A stretch of 64,000 nt of DNA, taken from assembly GCA_964016885.1 (NCBI GenBank), contig OZ024741.1, positions 105,958,001-106,022,000 of the forward strand. Direction: 5' to 3'. Positions 42,554-56,540 of this stretch are shown here, piece by piece. Position 1 is the first letter of the stretch, and every line of letters starts with the position of its first letter. The position numbers and the translations under genes are program-made. Under the pieces are notes generated by a model. That model did not search any database. It was not told the DNA's origin and saw only the letters and a list, made by a program, of their open reading frames with translations. This DNA is from Eledone cirrhosa. Lineage: Eukaryota.

Positions 42554-44190
42554 CTGAAACGAGAAAAAAAATTTAATTAGAACACTGATAAATATATCAA
42601 AGCTGTGAGGCAAAGGGTCAGCTTTGTCATAATTTAATTGAAATTTTTTCAATAAATTTTTTCTCATTTAAAAATGTTGTTGTAACATCTGATTATTATA
42701 CTGAAAATATGTGTGTATATTGCTTGTTTTCAGAGTTCAGTGGTTAAAAGTAGGGAGGATGTGACCTACTTTCACAGGAAGGGCATCATGACATATCAAA
42801 ATTCACTGATTATTTAATTAGTTAGCATTTAAAAAAAAGCTTGCAACTGGACACTACAATTTGGATGCTAATGAGAGCAATGGCTGAGTTGGCCAGAATA
42901 ATAATTGTTTCTACTTTTTGCACAAGGCCAGCAATTACCCAGTGCATACTGGTACTTTATTTTATCGACCCTGTAAGGATGAAAGGCAAAGTTAACCTCG
43001 GCGGGATTTGAACTCAGAATGGCAAGGGCCGTAACTCTATGCATCAAATATGGCGTCCGACCCTCTACCGATACTGCCACCAACTGAAGGGTCACTAAGT
43101 TGCCTCATAACCAACCCTGTGTTATATCTATAAATGAGAATAGTATCTGGCACACAGAAAACTACACCTACTCAGTGGCTGCCTACCCTTTCCCATATAT
43201 ATCCTTCTCACATGCAGCATCAGGAGATGATCCACGAGGGAGTACTTTTTACCAAGTTTAAGCTCAATCTTCCCATCCATGAAGACCTGGAAAACCTTCC
43301 CAACATGCACTTGAAAGCATGCAAACCATTCATCATCATGTATCATTGTTTAACGTCCATTTTCTATGCTGGCATCTGGGAATCAATGAAGACCCTTTAA
43401 GACAATAACTTTGATCTGAAGGAAGAGTGGTGAAGATCATGGAATGAGTCCAAATTTGCCATCCAAAACCTTATTCAGGACCCCACATCTAAACCAGCTG
43501 GCTTTAACCTTCCTAGAAAACAATGGATGTCCCTTAATCAGATATGCACATGTCAAGACAGCCCATCATCTCCATCGATGGAAAATGAAGGACTGTGGGA
43601 AACCTGACCAGACAGTGCTGCATGTTTTTCAGGATAGCTCCCACAAACGTTTTCCCGGCAGCCTGGAGGCAATCCATAATACTACAAATGATGCCTTAGT
43701 CTGGCTCACCAATCTCAATATGTCTCTCTAACCATTGTGCATATGTCATATGACAAGAAGAATCTATAAACAAGATAATTAGCTGCTATTGGCTTGGTCA
43801 AGTTATTTGTAAAAAGTGACCATGTAGAGTTAGATAATTTACTGTTGTATGTACTGAGCGGATTGAGTAGTTTCTATGTATTAATACTTTTTAAAAAAAC
43901 TGTGTAAAGAAAAATGATAATGTTAACACTATCATCCCATGTCTATTGCAAACATTAGATCGATGTTGGTTTATAATCTTAGTGGACAGAATTGTGAATG
44001 TTAGTAGTACAGGACTGGTACTTTATTTTTTAACTCCAAAAGAGTGAAAGACAAAATTTACCTCCAACAAGATTTGAACCTAAAACTCAGAGGATACCAC
44101 AAATAATTTTATCCAATACCCTAATGACTCAGTTGATTCCCAATTGAGAAATATGGCAGAAAATACGTAATAGAAAAGACCTCAACTTAC

Positions 44191-44299
44191 ATAAAAGAAG
44201 ATTTGTTGTTTGCTGTGACTGTGAATTCAATTTGTTCTGAATATTTTGAAAATGGTTTTGACATACTAAATCCCAGCATATCATCCACATTAATATTGT
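44191..44299 (-). CDS. tim: Timeless exon
   Basis: ttgcag| ... |gtaagt; open frame DNINVDDMLGFSMSKPF...NKSSF; phases 1/2 fit its neighbours. Confidence 0.65.
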
Positions 44300-44796
44300 C
44301 TGCAATAAATGAATAAGAAATATGTATTATTTTTATATTTAGACATTTTAAAAATCTAGCAATAGAAACTCAGCCAAAATAAAACGTAGGAGCAAGACAG
44401 GATCACCTGAACTGTCTGGTCATAGAATATAACAACCTAAACCAAATGTAGAAATTTATTGCTACTACTGTTGTTTAGCCCCAAATTAGTTGTGTTGTTC
44501 AGCTCTAGGTGAGCTCTGATTGTGCAGAGTTAATAGTTGTTGTTTAGCCTTAGGTCAGCTGTGATTGAGTAGAATGATTATCAAAAGTGTTCTGACCATA
44601 ACCAACACATTTTTTTAGATATCAGGGTAAAAATTGTCTGCTGTATCGTCCATTATTTAAAATCTAAATGGAAGTGGCATAAGACCAGCCAGAGCGAAAG
44701 AGCAGAGGCTATTGTAGTAGTGATAGAAAAACAAGGTGGCGACAGCAGATCTGAAGGCAAGAGGCTGGAGTGTGTTAATGATTGACCTTATGTCAA

Positions 44797-45167
44797 CTAG
44801 ATGAGGGTGACATCATCATCTCCCTCTTTCTGTCACATACACACACTCTCTCTCTAAACAAATAACGTTCATTTTCTATATATATACGAGGGCAACGTCA
44901 TAACTTTCTATCTAGCTACTTCTTTCTGTCACCTCGAAAACACATGGTGATCCCTTTTCTCTCTCTATCTATGTACATATCTCTCATTTGGTGCTCCCTC
45001 TCTATATAGATGAGGGCAATGTCATAACTTTCTGTCACCTCAAAAACACATGGCATTCACTTTTCTTTCTCTATGTACATATCTCTTACTTGGTGCTCCC
45101 TCTCTCTATATAAAGTGAGTGTGATGGAAGGATGGACAGACAGACAGTCCTCTTATTATAATATAGA
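44797..45167 (-). mobile_element. Complete 371-bp non-autonomous Helitron in a timeless intron
   Basis: The minus strand starts TCTATATTATAATAAGAGGACTGTCTGTC and ends with a gaggg/ccctc hairpin and CTAG. It sits between A and T and carries an internal ~120-bp tandem duplication. Confidence 0.75.
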
Positions 45168-45826
45168 TTAGTCAAGTGGCTTCACTCTGCATGTGGTGAA
45201 GAATGTTGGTGTGGGTGGCAGCAGCAGCACAGTCCTAGATGTGGGAACAATATACCATTGTGGGTCTTGCCTATGTTTGTAGAGTGCAATTAAGTGTAGG
45301 AATATGAAGTATTTTCTGGCACTGTAGAGAAAGGAATCTCGCTAGTCTTTGAGATGCAATCCTGGCAATGTTAAAGCATCAAACAAGATGTCCTGATACA
45401 GCCTACAAGGATGGTAGACTTAATTTGTCATATGGTTTAGCAACACTGCACCACCAGGTGCTTGGGTACCTTTAGTAGAGTCCACTTTGTTGCAAGCATT
45501 CAGGCCAGGCCTTGAAATGAGGATAACTTCCACCCTCTTACCCACCCATCACAGAGGCCTTATAAAAGGTAATGGGCACTGCTCTTTCCTCCCCGACTAA
45601 ATCATAAAATATATATATATACATGCACATAAACATTCACATATATACACACACACACTCATTACAGCTTACACTTGCACATGTTTCACTAACCACGTGT
45701 GAGGTTGCATCTCAAATGGTTTGTTGGGTGTTTTTAATAATAAAGACCCCAGTCCTATCATATGCAAATGCATATACACCCATCCCACTTAGGTTCTAAA
45801 CAAAACAAAACAAAAAAAATAATTAC

Positions 45827-46039
45827 CTTCACATTTGAAATTGTTTTCAGATCTTTCTAGATTGTCTTTCATGTTGTAAGAGAGCAACCTATGAATCCAC
45901 TTTTCTGATGTCCAGTTCCCATTCTGCAGCGCTGACACAATCTGATTATGCAGCATATAGATTCGTTTTAACTGCATTTCATGGTAATAATTTGAGTGAT
46001 TTTCCTGTAAAGCTTCCTTGGTTCTGATATCAATGGCAG
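45827..46039 (-). CDS. tim: Timeless exon
   Basis: aaacag| ... |gtaatt; open frame AAIDIRTKEALQ...WTSEKWIHRLL...NFKCE; phases fit. Confidence 0.75.
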
Positions 46040-46489
46040 CTGTTTGAATAAAAACAATATTGGCTGTTTACAAACTATTCTTTTTTTTTAAATAAATTTT
46101 ATCAACCCTTTTCACACCAAAATATCTGAAACTGCCTCTGGTTTTACGATGTAAAATGATTTGTTTCATAGTGTTTGTGTTTATCTAAAAACCTTCCATC
46201 TTAATTTTAGATAAGAATCTTTATGTTCTAGCCAGCAAGTTAAGGCCCCTGATTATAGAATTAATTATTTTCAAAATGATTTTGAATTAACAGGCAGTGT
46301 TTTTTTAATTAGAAATATGGTAATGAAAGGGTTAATGATATTTCATAAATACAATAAACAAAGAAAAACTTAGTGTGTCATAGAGATGTTTTATGGTCCC
46401 AGTGGACAAAAAGATGAATGTTGCATTGGATGTGAGGGAGAGGACCTAAAAGAATCAGCCCTAGTGGTTTTCATTCTTGCATATGGCTA

Positions 46490-46745
46490 CCTCCATCCAA
46501 ACATTGATCTCTTCTGATTGAAAGGGCCTGTGAAGGCCATGGGCACTGTCCTTCCTCTAGACATTGGTCTCTTCAATCTGAAAGGACCTGTTAAGGCCAT
46601 GGGCACTTTCCCTTCCTCTAGATATTGATCTCTTCAGTCTGAGTGGACCTGTGAAGGCCATGGGCACTGTCCCTTCTTCTAGACATCGATCTCTTCAGTT
46701 AGAGGACCTGTGAAGGCCATGGGCACTAACCATTCCTCTATACAG
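46490..46745. repeat. ~60-bp tandem repeat, 4 copies, intronic
   Basis: Recurring ggacctgtgaaggccatgggcact...cttcctctagacattgatctcttc. Confidence 0.85.
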
Positions 46746-46813
46746 CAATCTTTAAAACAATATACCATTATAACATCATCATGATATGTACACTTCCGTT
46801 GGAATTAACTTAC

Positions 46814-47014
46814 CATTATTAAGAGGTCCAATTTGCTGTGCCTTTGATAAGAGCTGATCAATGGACCAGAACTCTGGAATTTGTGGAAAAATCCTTTCTG
46901 AGTCACAGTTTGCGTAGAAACCCAGGTGTTTGAGCAATGTCTGAAAGTGGGAATCTTCCAGAGCAGCAGCTTGTCTACAGTTGTAGGGAATAAGGGGTAC
47001 AGGCCGGTTTTGAA
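46814..47014 (-). CDS. tim: Timeless exon (C-terminal conserved domain)
   Basis: LQNRPVPLIPYN...FQTLLKHLGF...IFPQIPEFWSIDQLLSKAQQIGPL matches the TIM1 pattern FVLLLHKLG...IFARIPDYWT...AKKLGP; GT-AG flanks. Confidence 0.92.
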
Positions 47015-47745
47015 CTACAAAATACAAAAGGAGGATAGGGAAGAGAAAAGGATGGAGATAATTATAAATCAAGGAAATACATTTTAAAAAGTCACCTATT
47101 CACAGACCACAATTAAGAAATTCCATTGCTTCCAAGGAATTCTTCCAAACATAAATTAGATCCATTGTCCTCAGTTTTGCTGCTACAATTCTAAAAAGAG
47201 CAATAACTCTTTTCTTTAAAAAAAAAAAAACAGACTTAATCCATCATCCAGTTTAACACCGCCATCAGCCGTTGGGTGTGTTTAGTGGAGTTGACTCTGT
47301 TGCAAGGATTTGGGCTAGGTATTAGGGTTTTAGGATACTTTCCTTCCTCCTCACTCTCACATCAGTTTTGGATGCCATGAAAATAGTTATGGCTACAGCT
47401 CTCCCCAATTTCCCTTATGCTGTATTATTTTATGTATTTTCATTTCTTATAGAAATTTCAGGTTTTGGCTTAAAAGTTCATTTGATCTCCCCTGGGTATT
47501 GATATATTGGCTACTTTGGAAACCCTTGTACTAGAGGAAAGTGCAGTAATAGTGGACAGTAAGATTTAGTAGGATTAGAGGTGACATTTCACAGAAGACA
47601 GGGAGATTAGAGAGAGAGAGCAAGAGGGAGGTGGGGTGGGTGGGGGAGAGAGAGATTGGAGAGAAATGGAGTGAGATATATGAGATATATGAGAGAGAAT
47701 AAGGTAGAGGATATAGAGAGATGTGATAGAAACCATAGTACTTAC

Positions 47746-47802
47746 GGGAAAAATATAATGGTATTGGTTCCTCCATCTGACATTTATCATTGGTAGCTCC
47801 AA
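47746..47802 (-). CDS. tim: Timeless exon
   Basis: VGATNDKCQMEEPIPLYFS; tttatag| ... |gtaagt; in phase. Confidence 0.85.
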
Positions 47803-48632
47803 CTATAAACATAAACAAACAATATTATACAATACTGTACACGAGCAGACAATACTGGACAATGCTGTACAATACTAGACAATACTATACAATATTAAAC
47901 AATGGTATGCAATGCTATTCAATAGTATACAACATTACATAACATTATATAATACTGTGCATTATTATAAAAACGCTGAGGATGCAGCATATGTGTATGT
48001 TTAACCCTTTTGATGCTAAACCACCTGAAATCCATGTTGGTTCTACGATACACAACTGTTTATTTTAAAGTGTTTGTGTTGAACTAAATACTTTCCATGT
48101 TAATTTTATATAAAATCCTTTGTTAAATTATATTCCAAACACCACTGATATAAGACAAGTTATTTTACTAAATACCCCCCAATTTCTTTTCATTTTTTAA
48201 AAGAAATTATTTAAAAATCATAAGCAATGTCTTTCATTAGAAATATGGTAATGCAGAAGGTTTAAGAAGTTTGTTTTGCAATCATAAGGTCCCAAGTTCT
48301 CATTCTACCCAGAATACACCCTAGTCAAAAATGGTGGGACTAATGAAAAGAGGCAAGGTAATTGAAATGGGGTGGAACTAATGGAAAGAGGTAGGGCAAC
48401 TGAAAAGTGGTAAGACTACAGAAAAGGTGGGACTAACATGAAAACTGTTCTTCCTATTTCAAATAACAAATAATAAACAAAACAAAAAGAAAATTAATCA
48501 AAGATTAAGTTTCTTAGACAAGTCTTTCAACTCCCCCTAATGTATTACACACACACAAACACATACACAGAAACAACACCTTTTATAGGTGTCTTTAAAA
48601 AGCAGTAAATTTTCAGACTACTAAATACTAAC

Positions 48633-48813
48633 CATATTTCACAAAATATGTCTCCAAAAGAACAGTCTGGAGCCAGAGAACTTGGTAAGACATCTTTTTC
48701 TCATGCAGTTTCTCAATACAAAACTGAATAACAGCCTCATCACTCATGTTCTGAGTTTGTCTTTCCAGCAAATCTTTCTCTTTGTCAGATTTATCCGAAT
48801 CATTAGAATCCTC
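48633..48813 (-). CDS. tim: Timeless exon
   Basis: ...QVLWLQTVLLETYFVKY matches TIM1 HLLWLQRILIECCFVK; GT-AG. Confidence 0.9.
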
Positions 48814-49122
48814 CTGGAAACAACAATTAAAATATTCATTAAAAATTTAAAAACTAAAAAAAACAAAGAGAATAGAGATGACTCTTTAGTCTTAAGTACA
48901 TGACAACCTCTTGGGTGCTCACACAAGAAATGATGAAGGAACACGACGTAGGGAGAGATAGCATGCTGATAAAAGGCCATCCAACCCATGCAAACATGGA
49001 AAAGTGGACATAAATAGTAGTAATGTTAATGATGGAAATAGTGGTAGTGGTGATGATGTGGCAGTAAGTTTTGAATCAGAATAAAGTGGAAAACAACAAT
49101 AACAAAACACAAAAGATCTTAC

Positions 49123-49240
49123 ATTTAGGTAGACAGCATTAGGACAGGCAGCTCCATGTGTGAGAGGGGAAAAATCAGTGTTGGAACACATAGACACATC
49201 TGATTTATAATCCTCTATGGAAGTTTGGTCAAGATCAACA
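49123..49240 (-). CDS. tim: Timeless exon (linker)
   Basis: ttttgcag| VDLDQTSIEDY...AVYLN |gtaaga; phases 2/0 fit. Confidence 0.8.
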
Positions 49241-49863
49241 CTGCAAAACATCAAAATCAATCATAGAAAACATAGTTCCAAATCAATAATCAATCATAGA
49301 AAACACAGTTCCATTCTGGGGCAGTTAGTTTAGTTATCAAAAAAAAACACACAAAATCTGTTAACTTTGTTTTACACTTATTTATATTTTGGTGTCTAAA
49401 CTTTCATCACACTGCTTGTGACCTGGTCACTGAGACAGTTCCATAACAACTGGTTTAAAACTTAGTTACTGGACCTTTTTTTATTATCACTTGTTGAATT
49501 ATATATAAGTACATACTTACACACATACACGGACACATGTATAAAGTACAAACACATGCATGCCCATACACACACACACACATATATACATACAATTGTA
49601 TATGTGGGTCTGTTATCTTCTTACTATTTAATACTTTAATATCAGTAATCTTTAAATTTATAATATTTTTATTTATTTTATCTGTTGGTCTGAATAAGTC
49701 AATAATTATTATTGCCATTCAAAAGGTCTTGTTATCTATTGTCCAGGGGAAAGTCTTGTATTCTCAGTCACTTAACATCATTGGAACCAGCATAAGCTAA
49801 GTTTCAAGTGGTTTAATATCAAAAGTGGATAAATCAAAGAATACAAATTAATGTGAACCTTAC

Positions 49864-49973
49864 TTGATGTTATTAGCATCCATACTAAAGAGATATTTTG
49901 CGCACAAACATGGATCTTCTGCAGCAGTGACCATAAACTTGTGCATTACATATTCCATCACATCACTGGCTTC
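49864..49973 (-). CDS. tim: Timeless exon
   Basis: EASDVMEYVMHKFM matches TIM1 DWSDLIEYVIHKFM. Confidence 0.9.
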
Positions 49974-51240
49974 CTGAGAAAAACAAAGGAAAATTACACA
50001 TTATCATTTATTTTACTATTATTATTATTTTGTGTTACTGCATTACCAAGTACAGCTCTATATGGCTTGGGTACATACATTGTCATTTTGGATGTTATTT
50101 CTACTGTATTTAGAGTACCCTTTGTAATATGTGTGCAGTGCCTAGTAGTGCTATTTTATATGTTGTCTATATTTGTAAGTACTAGAGTTTTGATTATGTA
50201 TCTGTCTGTGTTCTTTTTATCAATCTGAGAACACCTATTATTATCGATATCGTTTTTGTTTTCATCAAAGACATTTGGATTATTATTATTATTTCTTTGG
50301 TAGTTTCGTGTGAATTTCTACAGCATTACATGGTACAGCTCCGTGTTTCTGAACTGTGTGCAGTATTGTGTTCTTATTTTTGTTGGGGTTGGAGGAATAT
50401 AAACTCTTCTTCCTGTTAATGTACTGCATCAGTCTTGTTTTGTAGAGTTTAGCTAGTAGCTTCTGGCCTTATCTCAGTGTTTGTTCTGTTATAATGATGC
50501 GTAATGTGAGTTATTTTATTTGGTAATAATCTTGAGTATATTTTGTATGAGTTGTGTTGCTATATCCTATTAAGTGCCTATTGTAAAGGATGTGAAGATT
50601 GTTTTATTTGAATTATGTTATTGAATTGATAATATCTTGAACAAGATGTGACCTGTTCCTAGCAGAGCTATTTTGGGGATAGTGTGTATTATTATCATCA
50701 TTATCCTTATTATTATTTGGCAGATTTGTTAGAGCATAGATAAAATGGTTAGTAGTATTTTTTCTGGCTTTTTACATTTTTAGTTACACCCAATACTCTA
50801 ATATGAGCTACACTCACTACTCTAGTGTGAGGGACAGGACATCAAATGATGAAGGCCAGAGTGTTTTGTGACAATGAAAAGGAAGCTATGTTTAGGGTGC
50901 AGTTTTGATAATTATACTCCCATACCATTCTTTTGTTTAAATTAGTGTCATACTTTACTGTGCTGCATCAGTAAAAACCCTTTAAAATGTTACTGACCAA
51001 AAGTATAAGACCCCAGCCAAAGTTATCAAGAAAGCAATCAAAATACCATGACACATTACCAAATAAATTGTGACCAACAGCTGGTGTTGTGACTAAGAAC
51101 TGAAAACAAGAGAATCGAGTTTGGACAATTTGATCAAACCAGTTTACCAGAATAACCAGATAGGTAAGACAACATGGAGAATGTTTCATTACCTCACTCA
51201 CATAGATATGAGAAAAGAGGTGAGTGAAGAATGAACTTAC

Positions 51241-51439
51241 ATTAGAAATAACTTTATTATCATCACAAAGATTTGTGAACAGCTTTAAGATAGGCATCTG
51301 CATGAGAACTTCAGGACTTTTACAGTCACCAGCAACATGGTGCATCATAGTAAATATACTATCATTGACACAGGGACTGTTTTTGTTAAAATTCTCCAGC
51401 AAGGAACCATATCGCTGCATCACATCGATTGTGGAAAAT
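51241..51439 (-). CDS. tim: Timeless exon
   Basis: FSTIDVMQRYGSLLENFNKNSPCVNDSIFTMMHHVAGD...PILK is the TIM1 signature (VNDCIFTMMHHIGGD). Confidence 0.95.
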
Positions 51440-52129
51440 CTGAAAAAGAGACAAAAGTCACATTATATATATAATTTGCTTTTGTTTGTTTTGTGTTTTC
51501 ATTGTGGTCTGGTGTGGTCCACATGGGGATAAACAGCAGACAAAGGTGAAAATATTAGCGAAGTTAGCAAAAACAAAAAATGTATGTTTGTTTTAATTGT
51601 TATTGGTGTTGTTGTTGTCATTGTTGGTTATTAACTGACTGATTGATCGATGGACTGATTGACAAACACTGATCTGACAGACATAGATAGATACATAGAC
51701 AGAGGGGAAGAGAGAGAAAGAGAGTGAGAAATCAGAATATAGAGGTACATCTCCAATGTAATTGTTACAAAATCTAATAAATAAGATTAAAGATTAATAT
51801 CATTGGTAAGATTAGTTATTAGATGGATTAATTGATCCAAAACATGAATTACTCTTGCTGTTGTTATTGTTGTGACTGTTGTTGATAACAGCTAAAGTAC
51901 GTATGTACTTTTTAAAGTCTCTCTCTATATATAAATCAATATCTATCTCTCTCATACTCCATCTCTCTCTCCCCAATGTAGATCAGTAGAAAAACAAAAC
52001 AAACCATATTTTAACTTATAAACATGATGTTATTGTTAAAACCAAATTGAAAAACATTTGACTGGATTGTAGAGGAAGGGGGTGGGTGCAGCAGGGTATC
52101 AGAATATAGATAATACACACCCTGTACTA

Positions 52130-53720
52130 AAAACAATACACACTGCCACCCAAAGTAATTGATATTGGTATAACAGATCTTCAGACATTTGCTGGCAACT
52201 TGTCCAAGGACCTAGACTGTTCCTCCAAAAAGTGTTCTATGCCTTGGTCAACCAGGTCCCAGACCCAGAATAATTAGGCTGTCGTTCACAAACTCTGAGG
52301 GATATGCATACCATTTAGCCTCTGATAAGGCTAGGCATGAAAATCAAATTATCTTTCAAACCCGTCCTAGCTTACCACCTGATATATGATCAAAACTACA
52401 TGCTGTACCTTCCTTAAATCGCTACTCAGCATCACATGAAAGTTTTAGCCTATGCGACCATGGTTAAATATGAAAATTTGTTAAGTCTGGTGAGACCCGG
52501 AAAAGAGATACGAACTGGTCTGAGCATAGTATACCTACAATAGCTGGTAATGAAAAAGATGTGGGAAACTAAACAAGAACAACCTGCCATCCCCTATATA
52601 TCATCATAAGCTGAAATCCAGATACAAATTATTGTCCTTAAATGCTCATAGTTTATGCAACAAGATCCAGATTTTTGATTCTTACATCAAAAGTATTGAC
52701 TGATTTCATTACAGTCATGGAAATATGGGCACATTTTTTACACTATGGTGGTGTTTTTAGCATAGCTGATTACAACTTGTTTCGCAAAGATCACAGTTTG
52801 TTCAAACTTTTTAGCAATTCCTTGTAATGATTTGAACCAATCACAAGAGGTATTTTTTCTGTGATATACATATAACCATGTCAACATTTCTACTTGGAGT
52901 TGTTTAGCCCCCTCCCCCTTTTTTTATATCCTCAGAACTGCTGCTAGGAAAACAGTCACTTATGTTTTCATTGCAAGTGACTTCAATTACCCTAAGGTTG
53001 ATTGGAAAACCTTTCGTTGGGCACAAAGTGTAAATGATTTCCTTGAGTTAGTGCTGGATTCGAACTGGTCCCAAGTAGTCACCTCCCCCCATAAGAGGTA
53101 ACAACACTTTGGATCTACTCTTTACCACTACTCCTGTAATGGTTATTAGTGTTACGACTGAGAAACCTTTAGGTGACTGATCATGCTATGGTCATTGCCA
53201 ATCTGTTTCTTATGGGCAGTAACAAAAACTATAACCATCTCCAAACTGCTCACTTTGATTGAAAGAAAGCAGACTGGAATTCTTACTGCCCAAACTGGCT
53301 TGAATTTTACGACTCTGGGGATGTGAATACATCCTGAATTCAATATGGACAGCACAAAAAACATCCCAAAGGTGCAATTTGATAAACTGCAGCAGTCCAA
53401 CTTGCCAGGAAAGAATGTTGTGATGCTGAACAGGAATATAGAGTACATAGATCAGAGGATAATTGAAAAAAAGCGCAATAGACCATCTAACCATCTCAAG
53501 TAGGTGGCACAAAACAGTGCATTCAAAGTAGTGACTCACTTTGCAGTTGGTCCTCTTCGCAATCCCCACACAGGCCAGATTACTGATGATCCCAAAGAAA
53601 GCACAGAACTTATTGCTGAATGCTATGCAGGCATTTTTATAGTTGAAAATCAAATGTACCATCTCCACACCTCTGACATCAAATTCTATAGCATCCTTAT
53701 CTCTCTAGCAAGATTCTAGT
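52130..53720 (+). mobile_element. CR1/L2-group LINE relic (APE endonuclease and linker), intronic
   Basis: DFNYPKVDW, RGNNTLDLLFT and DH motifs at ~52975-53185, with many frameshifts. Confidence 0.7.
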
Positions 53721-54337
53721 ACTTTTCAATCTTTTCCTGCTTCTAGTTGGTCATGTTTGTGTTAGCAGGAATGGCTATGTCAACAAATACACATACTTGT
53801 GATGCTGTATCTATAATAACTGTGTCAGGTCTCCTAGCATTTGTTTGTGATCTGTCTAGGTTATTATTACTATGAAATAAATTCTCTCATTTACAAAAGA
53901 ATAGATGAACCAATCCAAATGACAGTTGTAAAAGCAAAGGATTCTCAGCTAGCAGCAAATATACATTATGTAAATTATACTGGCTATTTCATAAACTAAG
54001 TCCTAGTTTATGTTTGATATAAATAGTGTTTGGCTATATTTATCATATATAGTGAATTATATGGTACATAGATCTCACTCATACCTTCTCTCCCTCCCTG
54101 ATGGGACATTGGAAAGTGGCTCTGTTCTGTATATATAACAGACAAACACATATATTCACACATATACACACTTTCACACAAATACACATGTTCACATATA
54201 CACCTACTTTCACATAAATGCACACACATACACCCACACTTACACTTTCATATATCACCCACTTTCACACACTAATACACACATGTTCACAAAGACTAAC
54301 TGTCAAAACTGATATAGAGATAGGAAGGAAAACTTAC

Positions 54338-54524
54338 TGGTTTATATGTTGAATCATTTCAAAGTTCTGGGTACTGGGAACTTGTCGGTGCCATTGATCA
54401 AGAAGCAAGAGAAAAGTATGGTTTGTAACAATAAGGTCTCGGAGAAATGAATAACTTTGGTTTTCCCAAGATCGGATGAATAAGAGAAACATTTGTCTCA
54501 AGTCTGTCATATTGAGGAGAGCAC
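54338..54524 (-). CDS. tim: Timeless exon
   Basis: MTDLRQMFLLFIR...FLRDLIVTNHTFLLLLD...HINQ matches TIM1 MSDLRCLFVLLLR...YLQDLVVTNHILLLILD. Confidence 0.93.
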
Positions 54525-54649
54525 CTGTAAAGTTTATAAAAGAAAATCAATCAATATGGGATCAATTGTAGTAATGAAATAATCAACTAGCTACTACCAC
54601 CTCTCCTGAATGAATAACTCATTCTTACTTATAGATAACAAAACTACTG

Positions 54650-55120
54650 ATCAATTCAGTCTTATAAAGAACTAAAGTTGATCAACTCAATCTTACAGAG
54701 AACAAAGCCATGTTGAGCAACTCAGTCTTATAGAGAACAAAGCCATGTTGATCAACTCAGTCTTATAGAGAACAAAGCCATGTTGATCAACTCAGTCTTA
54801 CAGAGAACAAAGCCATGTTGATCAACTCAGTCTTACAGAGAACAAAGCCATGTTGAGCAACTCAGTCTTACAGAGAACAAAGCCATGTTGATCAACTCAG
54901 TCTTACAGAGAACAAAACCATGTTGAGCAACTCAGTCTTACAGAGAACAAAGCCATGTTGAGCAACTCAGTCTTACAAAGAACAAAGCCATGTTGAGCAA
55001 CTCAGTCTTACAGAGAACAAAGCCAGGTTGATCAACTCAGTCTTACAGAGAACAAAGCTAGACAGATTATCTCAGTCTTATAAAGAAGAAAGTCAGATTG
55101 ATCAAGGCAATCTTATAGAG
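54650..55120. repeat. 35-bp minisatellite, ~13 copies, intronic
   Basis: Unit ctcagtcttacagagaacaaagccatgttgatcaa; period measured from 54721 to 54756. Confidence 0.9.
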
Positions 55121-55428
55121 AATAATGCCAGACATCACTTTCACCTTTAAGTATCAGACCTGGATTCTGAACAAAGCTCAGGAGATGAAATTTCTTTAGT
55201 GAGTTGATGGCAAACGAGAAAGAAGCAGATCAGAAATAATGATATTAGACAGATGGTTAGTACTATGCCTATCAACCAGCTCATAGCTCATCAAAGCATT
55301 AAATAGGTCTCATCCTCTGATTAGAATTAAATGTCAATTAACCAGCTAAACTGACCAGTGAGTATAAAAATAAATAGTATACCGATACCAGTATAAAAAT
55401 AAATAAAATGAGTATCAGTGTTATTTAC

Positions 55429-55544
55429 ATTTCACAGACTCGAGCAGCTTGATATCATCTCTGGACAACAGAACTGAAAGATGGTCGTCATAGATTTCTA
55501 TTGTCTTCAACATCTCTTTGATTGATGCTACAGTGAAATGGAGC
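55429..55544 (-). CDS. tim: Timeless exon
   Basis: RLHFTVASIKEMLKTIEIY matches TIM1 RMHLVVTAIREFLQAIDTY. Confidence 0.9.
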
Positions 55545-55764
55545 CTGAAGATAGAAATAAAGATATTACAGGACATTTAACACAGACAGTAATAGTAGAC
55601 AGTTGGAGCATCAATAATAGTCAGTGTGTGAAGAGGAGTAGGGATGAGAATGAAAAAGGAGAAAGGAGGAGGAGGAAGATGAAGGAAGAGAAGGGAGAAA
55701 GATGAGGGAAGAGAAGGGAGGAGGAGGGGGAAGAAAAGAAGAGGGGCGGAGTTATTTAATTTAC

Positions 55765-55878
55765 CTTTTTTTCTTTGTGGCAGTTTCTTGTTTCTTCTGG
55801 ATTGATATTAACATTTCTTCAAATGTATCAATTCCTTGGTAGACCAAGAAACCAATTATGTCAACACTGACAACTTCT
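55765..55878 (-). CDS. tim: Timeless exon
   Basis: EVVSVDIIGFLVYQGIDTFEEML matches TIM1 DVLSYLTYEGVSLCEQL; GT-AG. Confidence 0.9.
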
Positions 55879-56430
55879 CTGCAACAAACAAAAAACGGTA
55901 GAGTTATAGATAGAAGCATTTACAAAGATTCCAGTTGGTTACAAATGTCCCTAATGGTATACATACACATGTTTATGTAACTATATACACACTCAGAAAT
56001 ACATGTGTGTTTATGTAGATACATATATATATGTTCGTGCTGACACAGATATACACACACACACAACTTTATGCAAATGCATACACATGTTCATGTAGCT
56101 ATATACATACACATTCACACATATGTTCATATAAATACATATACACACATTCATATATGTTCATGTAGACACACACATTTATGCAAACACATACACATGT
56201 TCATGCAAACACATAAATACACTCACGTTCATATAGACACATGCATTCACAGACATTCATGTAGACACGTATACACAAACATTCATGTAGATACACACTC
56301 GTTTATGCAGACACACACACGTTTACACAGACACACACACACATATTCATGCAGGCACATAGATGCACACACACACGTTCATGTAGACATGCACATATAT
56401 ACATAAGAGTTTATATATGTCAGAACTCAC

Positions 56431-56540
56431 CTTATGCAGGAAAAATCCATTTCCTGAGTTCTTGCCATTTTCAAGAAGAATATTAAAAGCCACATGAAGT
56501 AGGAACCATCCAGGTTACAGTCTTTTGACAGCAAAATCTC
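56431..56540 (-). CDS. tim: Timeless exon
   Basis: LDGSYFMWLLIFFLKMA matches TIM1 IDTSHFFWLVTYFLKFA. Confidence 0.92.
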
